Assembly: GCA_044222185.1 (NCBI GenBank)
Contig: JBGANV010000004.1
Coordinates: forward strand, 32,001 to 96,000
DNA: 64,000 bases
Direction of reading: 5' to 3'
DNA from: Planctomycetota bacterium
Lineage (GTDB): Bacteria; Planctomycetota; GCA-002687715; CAIWVZ01
The notes under the pieces were generated by a model. That model saw only the letters and a program-made list of their open reading frames with translations. It was not told where the DNA came from and did no database searches. Positions 55,748-64,000 of the stretch are shown here, piece after piece (the stretch's first letter is position 1; the number at the start of each line of letters is the position of its first letter). The position numbers and the translations under genes are program-made.

Positions 55748-58147
55748 ATGAGGGATGTCGTCCGGGTTCTCGTCGCGATTGCGGTCAGCGTGACGGGTCT
55801 TTGTGCGCAGCAGGCCTACAAGCTCCCGCCGAAGGAAGTCGTCGCGCTCGTGGACGCGCCGGTCCCTCCATCGGTGTCCGTCAGCCCGACCGGCGATCGG
55901 GTCGCGTTCCTGACGGTGGAGCCGAACCCGCCGATCTCCATGGTGGCGCGGCCGTTCGCCCGGCTCGCTGGCATGCGAATCGACCTGGGGAGAGGCTCTC
56001 GGCAGAGGACCGGACGCGTGACGAAGCTGCACGTCGACCCGCTTCCGGGTGTCGAGGGCGGGCCATTCGAGTTCGCGGCGCCGGCGGATTCGACGCTCCA
56101 ACACGTCAGCTGGTCGCCGGACGGGCGCCGGATCGCGTTCTCGGTCGACGATCAGAGCGGAGTGCAACTGTGGATCGCGGACGTGGTCGCCGGCAAGGCC
56201 GAGGCGGTCGCCGGGCTTCGGTTGAACGACGTACTCGGCGTGCCGTTCTCGTGGACCGGTGGTGACTCGCTGCTCGTGATGGTCGTACCGCCGGACCGAG
56301 GCGCGCCGCCGAAGCCGTCGCCCGTGCCGTCGGGCCCGGTCACGGAGGAGACGTCGGGCCGGGTGTCGAAAGTGGCGACCTATCAGGATCTCCTGCGCAA
56401 CGCCGATGACGAGGCGCTGTTCGAGTACTTCGCCACGAATCGGCTCGTCGCTGTGACCCTGGGATCGCCTCCCGTTCCGATCGGCGCGCCCGGGATGATC
56501 ACCGACGCTGAATGGTCGCCCGACCACAAGCTCATCCTCGTGACGCGGATCACGAAACCCTTCAGCTATCGGGTTCCGTCGGGGTCGTTCGCCCATGCGA
56601 TCGAGGTTCTCGGTGCCGACGGTGGGCTCATGAAGGCGATCGCGCAATTGCCGATCGCCGATACGACGCCGCCGCAGGGTGTTCCGACCGGCCCGCGCGC
56701 CGTGCGCTGGCAGCCGCACGAACCGGCGACGTTGATCTGGACCGAAGCTCTCGATGAAGGTGATCCGCTCAAGAAAGTGCCTCATCGCGACCGCCTGGTG
56801 GCGTGGGCCGCGCCGTTCGCCGATGCCGCGCGTGAGATCGCGCGCGTGAAGAACCGGCTCGTGAACATCACGTGGCTCGGAACGAAGGGGCAGGGACTCA
56901 TGACCGAGTCCGATCGCGATCGGCGCTGGCGGACGACGTCGCTCGTCGACGTCACGGCGAACCCGATGACGACGAAGGTGCTCTTCGATCTGAGCCAGAA
57001 CGACGCCTACAACAATCCGGGCATGCCCGTGATGGTGACGCGAGCGGACGGCGATCGCGTCATCCGGCAGGACGGGTCGGCGATCTTCATGCGCGGTGAT
57101 GGCGCCACGCCGAAAGGTGAGCGGCCGTTCCTCGATCGCGTCGATCTGGCGACCGGCGAGAAGAAGCGGCTGTTCCAATCGGCCGAGGATCGGCGCGACA
57201 GCTTCGTTGCGTTCGCCGGCCCCGGGAGCGATCGCGTCGTCGTCGAGCACCAGAGCACCACCGACCCGGAAAACTGGTTCGTCGTCGAGCTGGCGTCCGG
57301 CGAGAAGAAGGCTCTGACGGCGTTCGCCGATCCCGCGCCCGAGCTCCGCGGAGTGAAGAAGGAGCTGATCACCTACAAGCGCGCTGATGGCGTGCCGCTC
57401 TCGGGGACCCTGTACCTGCCGGCGGGATATCAGCCGGGGACGCGGTTGCCGGCGCTGATCTGGGCCTACCCGCTCGAGTATTCGGACGCTGGCACGGCCG
57501 GGCAGGTGCGCGGGTCACCGAACCGGTTCACGCGCCTTTCGGGAGCCTCGCCGCTGTTTCTGCTGACCCAGGGATACGCCGTGCTGATGGACGCGACGAT
57601 GCCCGTCGTCGGCGATCCGGAACACATGAACGACACGTTCGTCGATCAGATCGTCGGCTCGGCGAAGGCGGCGATCGACAAACTCGATGAGATGGGCGTG
57701 GTCGATCCCAAGCGCGTGGCCGTGTCGGGACACAGCTACGGCGCGTTCATGACGGCGAACCTCCTCGCGCATTGCGATCTGTTCGCCGCCGGCATCGCGC
57801 GAAGCGGAGCCTACAACCGGACGCTCACGCCGTTCGGGTTCCAAAGCGAGCGCCGCTCGTACTGGGAAGCGACGGACCTCTACACGCGCATGTCGCCGTT
57901 CACCTACGCCAACAAGATCAACGAGCCCTTGCTCATGATCCACGGCGAGGCCGACGACAATCCGGGGACGCACACGATCCAGTCCGAGCGATTGTTCCAG
58001 GCGATTCGCGGTCATGGCGGCACCGCTCGGCTCGTGCTGCTTCCATCCGAGGCTCACGGCTATCGGGCCCGCGAGTCGATCCTCCACGTCCTCGCCGAAA
58101 CGATCGAGTGGGCGGACCGCTACGTGAAGAACAAGAAGGTGGATTGA
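55748..58147 (+). CDS. Secreted S9 prolyl-oligopeptidase-family peptidase (glutamyl endopeptidase-like)
   Basis: Signal peptide; WSPD propeller repeats; GHSYGAFM, GAYNRTLTPFGFQ, HGEADDN, EAHGY. Confidence 0.93.
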   Translation: MRDVVRVLVAIAVSVTGLCAQQAYKLPPKEVVALVDAPVPPSVSVSPTGDRVAFLTVEPNPPISMVARPFARLAGMRIDLGRGSRQRTGRVTKLHVDPLPGVEGGPFEFAAPADSTLQHVSWSPDGRRIAFSVDDQSGVQLWIADVVAGKAEAVAGLRLNDVLGVPFSWTGGDSLLVMVVPPDRGAPPKPSPVPSGPVTEETSGRVSKVATYQDLLRNADDEALFEYFATNRLVAVTLGSPPVPIGAPGMITDAEWSPDHKLILVTRITKPFSYRVPSGSFAHAIEVLGADGGLMKAIAQLPIADTTPPQGVPTGPRAVRWQPHEPATLIWTEALDEGDPLKKVPHRDRLVAWAAPFADAAREIARVKNRLVNITWLGTKGQGLMTESDRDRRWRTTSLVDVTANPMTTKVLFDLSQNDAYNNPGMPVMVTRADGDRVIRQDGSAIFMRGDGATPKGERPFLDRVDLATGEKKRLFQSAEDRRDSFVAFAGPGSDRVVVEHQSTTDPENWFVVELASGEKKALTAFADPAPELRGVKKELITYKRADGVPLSGTLYLPAGYQPGTRLPALIWAYPLEYSDAGTAGQVRGSPNRFTRLSGASPLFLLTQGYAVLMDATMPVVGDPEHMNDTFVDQIVGSAKAAIDKLDEMGVVDPKRVAVSGHSYGAFMTANLLAHCDLFAAGIARSGAYNRTLTPFGFQSERRSYWEATDLYTRMSPFTYANKINEPLLMIHGEADDNPGTHTIQSERLFQAIRGHGGTARLVLLPSEAHGYRARESILHVLAETIEWADRYVKNKKVD

Positions 58148-58157
58148 TCCAACACGC

Positions 58158-58500
58158 GGAGCGCCAGGCTCCGCCTGGCCGGATCGGCGGGGCTCCGCCC
58201 CGCCGCGAACGTCGACGAGCGTCCCCGATCGCCACCCACCGAGTGACCACAGCCCGCCGCCGACCCTGGCCCTGCGGAAACCCTGCCGCCAGTCGCATTC
58301 GAGCGCGGCGTTCCGTTCGGACCGAATTCTGGACGCAAACACGGAGCGCCAGGCTCCGCCTGGCCGGATCGGCGGGGCTCCGCCCCGCCGCGACCATCGA
58401 CGAGCCTCCGTCGGTCGCAAACCGTCGAGCGCCCGGAGCCAGCCTCCGTCCCAGGCAGGTCAGAGCCCCACCAACCGGCCGCGCTGAAACGCGGCGCTTC
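58158..58500. repeat. Two tandem REPIN-like elements (58158-58314, 58343-58500) between convergent genes
   Basis: Identical left ends GGAGC-GCCAGGC-TCC-GCCTGGC-CGGATC-GGCGGGGC-TCC-GCCCCGCC at 58158 and 58343. Degenerate inverted right ends finish at 58314 and 58500. Confidence 0.85.
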
Positions 58501-58513
58501 GTCGCGCTCGAAA

Positions 58514-59647
58514 TCAGAACATCGCGATCGGCTGACCCGCCGCGTTGAGGATGAAGGTGATCTGCTTGTTGGCGAGATCGTTCACGCTGGCACCGGTGCC
58601 CGTGAACAGCTCGAAGGGCGCCGACGTCGCATCGCCGGGAAGCGCATTCTGGTTGCCCAGGCTCATGTTGATCGGATAGGCCACGCCACCGACGGCCGGC
58701 GCGAGTCCCACGAGCCCATCGAGTGACGACATGGACCCGTAGTCGAGCACGACGGCTCCGGGAAGGAGCGTGATCTTGAAGCTGTTGCCGGCTCCGACGT
58801 TCACGAACTCGGGCACGTTGACCCACGTGACCTCCGCCATCGTCGCTCCGTCCGTGTAGAAGTCGAGCGAGCCGTGCGCGGGCGCGACTCCGCCGCCGAC
58901 GTTGAGGTCGTCCCACCACGCGCAGATCTTCGCCCCGCCCACGACGGAGACGAGGCTCGCGGCCGACTCCGTGAAGGACGTCGCCGCGGCGGTCGATACG
59001 AAGCCGTTCGAACAGGCGAACAGGGTCGTGTAGGTGGTCCCGTAGAACTGGAACGAGAACCCGCCGAGCGAGATCGCTGCCGTCGTGTCGTCGCCCGCGC
59101 CCGCGACGAGCGCTGCCGCCGGGTTCGGCACCGCGTTGCCCGCCGCCAGATTTGGATCGACCACGTCGAACACGTTGAACGCCGCCGAGAGCTGGACGGT
59201 CGTTGGATACGCCGGGTTGAAGAACGCCGACTGGGCCGCGAAGTTGAACCCCGCGGATTGCGGCGCGTTCGGGAAGTAGAACGCCATGTTTCCCGCAGCG
59301 TTCGTGTGGAGGAACTGGGCGAGCCCGCTCGGTATGAATCCCCCCGTTCCATCGAGGACGATCGTGAGCGAGGGAACGTCGATGTCGAGCGAGTTGTTCG
59401 GCCCGAGGACGAGCTGGTTCGCGGCGAACGAGTTGGCGATGGCGACCACGATCGGTGAGTTCGGCAACCCGCTGAACGTCGTCGTCAACCCTGCACCGAT
59501 CGGACTGTGTGATGGGATCGGACCCGTGAGCCCGACGCCGACACCGTTGACGAGGAACTGGTGATGGCCCGCGACGTTCGACGTCTGGGCCGCACCGGTG
59601 AGGGAGAGCAACGTTGCGACCGCGAGGCCGCCCATGCGGATCTTCAT
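58514..59647 (-). CDS. Secreted protein with a nidogen(NIDO)-like C-terminal domain
   Basis: Signal peptide; GDD...GFSFQFYGTTY......SNGFVS, ICAWWDDL, VTW.NV..F. Confidence 0.75.
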   Translation of the reverse strand: MKIRMGGLAVATLLSLTGAAQTSNVAGHHQFLVNGVGVGLTGPIPSHSPIGAGLTTTFSGLPNSPIVVAIANSFAANQLVLGPNNSLDIDVPSLTIVLDGTGGFIPSGLAQFLHTNAAGNMAFYFPNAPQSAGFNFAAQSAFFNPAYPTTVQLSAAFNVFDVVDPNLAAGNAVPNPAAALVAGAGDDTTAAISLGGFSFQFYGTTYTTLFACSNGFVSTAAATSFTESAASLVSVVGGAKICAWWDDLNVGGGVAPAHGSLDFYTDGATMAEVTWVNVPEFVNVGAGNSFKITLLPGAVVLDYGSMSSLDGLVGLAPAVGGVAYPINMSLGNQNALPGDATSAPFELFTGTGASVNDLANKQITFILNAAGQPIAMF

Positions 59648-59807
59648 GATCTCGACTCCGTGACCGAACGCCGGCGCACTCCTACGAGGCAACTCGGGAG
59701 CCCGGTCGGTGCCCATGATAGTCCAACGCGCCTCGGAGCGACCGTGCACTCCCTCGACGGCGGGGTCAAACCCGCCGCGCCGCGAGTGTTCTCGCAGGCA
59801 CGGCACC

Positions 59808-61747
59808 TCACTTGGGCGGAATCAGCCGGTCGTCCTCCTCCGTCGCGGCCGGCTTGCCGGGTTGCGCGGGGACCGCGTTCCAGGGCAGGATGCGCTGGTC
59901 CTTGAAGTGACCCTTCCGGAGCTTGCGGAGCATCCATTCCAGGTACGCGTTCAGCTCGACCTCCATCTTCTTCATGCCCGCGTCGTCGAGGCCCATGGAG
60001 TTGGCGAACAGGTTCTGATCCCACTTCCCGTCGAGCTCGGCTTTCAGGTAGCGCGTCCAGCCCGCGTAGTACTTGCCGTGTTCGCCGATCTTCACGATCC
60101 CCTTCTCGGTGACCTCGAAGTGCGTCAGGAAGTAGACGAAGAACCAGCCCTGGGCATACACCATCAGGATCTTCTCCTCGACTGGAGCGAGAACCGGGCC
60201 TTCGCCGGAACGAGCGCAAGCATGGTGAGCCGTCCGACGGTTCCCTGGTCGGTGAAATCGTCCTCCTGAAGCACGCCCACTTCGTAGGTCGTGGTCCCGT
60301 CGGCGTTCTTCACGACCCGCGATCCGCCGAACCATTCCGCGATGCCCTCCTGGAACCAGAAGCTGTCGGCGTGCGGCGGCAGCGGGCGCGGCGTGCAGAC
60401 GTGAACGAGCTGGTGCGTGCCTTCGTGCAGGATCGTCCCCACGGCGCATTCACCGTGGACGACGAGCATGTTGTTGCTGGGTTCGAAGTGTGCCTCGACG
60501 GATGAGACTTCGGCCGGCGCGGACTCCGTCCCCGGCTTGCCACCCGGAGGTGGATCACCCTCCGTGGGAGGCCGCTCCGCCTTCTGGCCGCGGAGGTACT
60601 CGTGGAACGCCTTCCGGTCGACGAAGCATGCGACGTTGATCGGCTTCTTGGGCACGGTGAGCTTCAGTGCGTCGCCGAACTCCTTCATGAACGCCGCGGA
60701 GAGCGCCCGCAGATGGGCGACGAGCTCCTGTGCCTTCTGGATCTCGTCCCACTTCGGCGACTCCTCGATGAACAGGACGTACGGCTCGGAGTGCACGATG
60801 CGCCAGCGCTTGTGACTCGGCGCGAAGCGGTCCAGAACGGCCCGTTTCTCGATCTCCTCCCGTCGTGCCTTCGCGCCGAGGTCCGTGGCGAAATAGGCAT
60901 CCGCCGTCGTTCGCCGCTCCGCGGACTTCTTCATCAGCGGGCCTGCGACGGCGTCGAACTGGGCCTTCGATACCCACCCGCGCGATCGCTCGGCGGCTTG
61001 CGTCAGGCGCTCGAGCTCCGCCAACAACGCCTTCTCCTCGTTGCTGGAGAGGTAACGCGCGTCGCGGTCGTCGAAGTCGGCCGTCAACGGCTCCAGCTTC
61101 ACGTCCCCGTGACGGGTGCGCGCATCGAGGTGGTTCGGGTTCTCGCGGAGCGTGTCGATGAGCGCGGACTCGCAAGCGGTGTCGAGCGCCTTGCACGCGT
61201 CTTCCGGCGCACCGCGCGCCCGCCACGCGACCGCCTCGTCGCGGAGCATGTTCGTGATGTTCCAATGACGTGCGGCACCGTCGCCGGGTGCCGCGTTGCG
61301 GATCGCCGCGATGCGCGCCGCGGGATCGTCGGCCAGAGGTTTCGAGGCAGGCTGCGCGGGCGTGGCGTTGCTCGAACCGTGCGTCGTCGGGGACGGCGCT
61401 CCCGCGGGGGCCTCGGCCGAGGGAGGCGGTGGCTGGGGCGCGGCACCAGGCGTTGGCGGACCGCTGCGAAGAAGCGCCCATGCCGCTGCTGCCCCGACGA
61501 TCGTGACAACGAGGCCGACGAGCAGGGCCTTCGTTCCCGTCGCAGGCTTCTGCGGTGGTGCGGTCGGCGCGCTGGCGGCTGCGCGTCGTCGCATTGGGTC
61601 GCCGCTGCGGCGCACCGGACCCGGCGGCGCCACCGGCGCGCCGATCGTGATCTCGGCCCCGCAGGAATCGCACGTGATCGCGGCATCCGTTGCGCGCGCC
61701 GAGTTTTCGGTCCCGCACGCGGGACATGGGATCCACTGAATGGGCAT
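59808..61747 (-). pseudogene. Second DUF1570-like zincin (Zn-ribbon, TM, HEGTH) interrupted by a frameshift/deletion near 60180
   Basis: ATG 61747 with an RBS; CPAC/CDSC, HEGTHQL and WFQEGIAEWF in ORF 60164..61930. The conserved YAQGW..VY.L segment continues in a different frame (ORF 59808..60449). Confidence 0.75.
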
Positions 61748-61918
61748 CGCCGGCTGACCCCCTCTTGCGAAGTGAAACGGCGACGATGATATCCGCGCGC
61801 GCGGCCGTCCGAACGGTCCGACGCGAACTTGCGGAACGCGAGTGTCGCGGGCACGATCGTCGCCGTTCCGTCGGTCCCTGCGCACGTCCCCGCGCCCGGA
61901 TCGACAGGGAGGCATTCC

Positions 61919-64000
61919 ATGTTCCAGCATTCGTTCGGGTCACGGGCGCCGATCGCGGCGGCTGTGTGGATGGCGTTCTGTCTTGCATTGGCACCGATTC
62001 GCACCAACGGCCAGGGGCCCGGCGCGCCGGACCTCCGCGTCGTGTCCGTCGACACGTCAGGGCTGACGGGAGACTGGCAGGTCCTGACGGTGACCGGTGC
62101 CCTCTCCGCGGTCGTGCAGAATGCCGGCTCCGCGGCGGCGGGCCCGTTCACCGTCACGTTCTTCGAGGACGGAAACCACAACGGCGTGTTCAACGCCGTC
62201 GGCGATCGACTCTTTGGGACGGCCGCGGTCGGCGGGCTTGCGGCGGGCGCTCAGGTCGTCGCGTCGATCACGACGCAAGCGGAGATCCTGTTCCGCGACA
62301 ACCTCATCCACGCGTTCGTCGACAGTGCGAACACCGTCGCCGAGAGCAACGAGGGGAACAACGTGGGCCACTCGGGACAGCCGTGCCTCTACCAGCCTGC
62401 GCCGTCACCGTTCGCACCGGCCCTCGAGTGGTCGTGGACGTCGAGCGCGATCGCGCCCACGGCGCTGAACGTCATGGGAACGCCGGCCGTGATCGATCTC
62501 GACGGCGACGGCGCGCCGGAAGTCGTCTTCACGTCGACCTCGTCGACAGGCGGCGGCTACGTGGAGGTCGGGTTCCTTCGTGCGGTTCACGGAGCGAACG
62601 GATCCGAGTTCTTCACGATCACGGATCCGAACCAGCTCGTGAACACGGCGGCATCGGTCGCGGTCGGCGACATCGATGGTGACGGGGCTCCCGAGATCCT
62701 CGCGTGCCACGCATCAGGCAACCGGCTGATCGCGTTCGAGGCCGATGGCACGTTCAAGTGGCTCAGTGCCCCGCTCGAAGTCATCAACTGGGGGGCGCCG
62801 TCCATCGCCGATCTGAACGGCGACGGAGTTCCCGAAATCGTCATCGGGCGGCAGGCGCTCGACAATCTCGGCAACGTGCTGTGGACCGGGACGGGGGGCA
62901 ACGGGTCGGGCGGCAACGTGGGTCCGCTCTCGATCGTGGCCGATCTGGATCTCGACGGCACGCCCGAGATCATCGCCGGCAACACGGCGTACCGCGCGAG
63001 CGGAGCGATCTATTGGCAAGCCAGCATTCCCGACGGGTACGCGGCCGTCGGGAATTTCGACGCCGATTCGTTCCCCGAGGTCGTGATCGTCGGCGGGGGA
63101 TCGGTGTATCTCCTGAACCACGACGGCACGCCCGTGTGGGGGCCGATCGCGATCCCGGGTGGCGGTTACGGTGGGCCGCCGACGATCGCCAACTACGACA
63201 CGGACACGCAGCCGGAGATCGGCGTCGCCGGCGCCGCGCGCTACGTCGTCTTCGAAACCAATGGCACCGTGAAGTGGCAGAGCGTCACGCAAGACGGCTC
63301 GTCGAATCGCACGGGATCGTCGGTGTTCGATTTCGAGGGCGATGGGATCGCCGAGGTCGTCTATCGCGACGAGCTGTTCCTGCGCGTGTACCGCGGCACC
63401 GACGGAACGGTGCTCTTCCAGACGGCGATGAGTTCGTGCACCTGGTACGAGTACGTTCTCGTCGCGGACGTGGATGGTGACGGAAACGCGGAGATCCTCG
63501 CGGTCGCCAACAACAACTGCGGGTTCGGCCCACAGCGCGGCGTCTACGTGTTCGGCGACCCGGCGGACAACTGGGTCGCGACGCGTCGTATCTGGAACGA
63601 GCACGCGTATCACATCACGAACGTGAACGACGACGGCACGATTCCCGCGCACGAGGACGCCAGCTGGCTGTTCCCGTCGGGAGCTCCCTACAACAGCTAT
63701 CGCCAGAACGTGCTCGCGGGAGGATTGCAGGCGACGTCGGCGCCGGATCTCACGGCGTCGCGGATACGCGTGGTCTGCGGCCCGTCGAACGCGACGCTCA
63801 CGGGCCGCGTCGGCAACGGAGGCTCCGTGATCGCGGGTGCGGGAATCCCCGTTTCGTTCTACGCGGGCAACCCCGCGGCGGGTGGGATCCTCCTCGGCAC
63901 CGTGACGACGCCGGTCGCACTTGCGCCGGGCTACTTCGTCGACGTGGCGTTCTCGCCGCCGACACCGATCACGGGCAACATCCCGATCTACTTTGCCGCC
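61919..64000 (+). CDS. Secreted CARDB + FG-GAP (integrin-like beta-propeller) protein; 3'-truncated by the window edge
   Basis: Not in the ORF track (no stop in the window). RBS GGGAGG plus ATG 61919; MFQHSFG...; VDSANTVAESNEGNN (CARDB); DLDGDGAPE, DIDGDGAPE, DLNGDGVPE, DGSSNRTGSSVFDFEGDG, RRIWNEHAYHITNV. Confidence 0.9.
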   Translation, partial: MFQHSFGSRAPIAAAVWMAFCLALAPIRTNGQGPGAPDLRVVSVDTSGLTGDWQVLTVTGALSAVVQNAGSAAAGPFTVTFFEDGNHNGVFNAVGDRLFGTAAVGGLAAGAQVVASITTQAEILFRDNLIHAFVDSANTVAESNEGNNVGHSGQPCLYQPAPSPFAPALEWSWTSSAIAPTALNVMGTPAVIDLDGDGAPEVVFTSTSSTGGGYVEVGFLRAVHGANGSEFFTITDPNQLVNTAASVAVGDIDGDGAPEILACHASGNRLIAFEADGTFKWLSAPLEVINWGAPSIADLNGDGVPEIVIGRQALDNLGNVLWTGTGGNGSGGNVGPLSIVADLDLDGTPEIIAGNTAYRASGAIYWQASIPDGYAAVGNFDADSFPEVVIVGGGSVYLLNHDGTPVWGPIAIPGGGYGGPPTIANYDTDTQPEIGVAGAARYVVFETNGTVKWQSVTQDGSSNRTGSSVFDFEGDGIAEVVYRDELFLRVYRGTDGTVLFQTAMSSCTWYEYVLVADVDGDGNAEILAVANNNCGFGPQRGVYVFGDPADNWVATRRIWNEHAYHITNVNDDGTIPAHEDASWLFPSGAPYNSYRQNVLAGGLQATSAPDLTASRIRVVCGPSNATLTGRVGNGGSVIAGAGIPVSFYAGNPAAGGILLGTVTTPVALAPGYFVDVAFSPPTPITGNIPIYFAA

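Overview
This is 64 kb of very GC-rich bacterial DNA with about 40 genes. The gene content points to an uncultured Planctomycetota-like genome (inference): ECF sigma factors next to TPR Ser/Thr kinases, DUF1570-like zincins, carboxypeptidase-regulatory-like repeats and many secreted Pro/Thr-rich proteins. I saw no rRNA, tRNA, CRISPR array or transposase. From left to right the window holds: the tail of a probable MoxR-vWA-beta-propeller (bpX) conflict-system gene; dps and a non-heme haloperoxidase-like hydrolase; two ECF/kinase modules; a cluster of secreted proteins including two tandem Cys/His-rich paralogues; cstA; a diguanylate cyclase; a macro-domain protein; a B12-radical SAM/GT2/GT-C operon; a dense peptidase region (M1, astacin, active plus dead M48, two DUF1570-like, S9); and a CARDB/FG-GAP protein running off the right edge. 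The most notable non-coding signals are: (1) a motif TTTCCG-N13-GACGGAT found four times with identical spacing in intergenic DNA at 18.6-23.8 kb; (2) a double-hairpin REP/REPIN-like family at three loci whose stems show compensatory changes; (3) a 41-bp dispersed intergenic repeat. Several secreted proteins also appear to share a ~120-aa terminal domain. Three genes look frameshifted, which could be pseudogenisation or assembly error. All family calls come from motif recognition by eye, with no database search.
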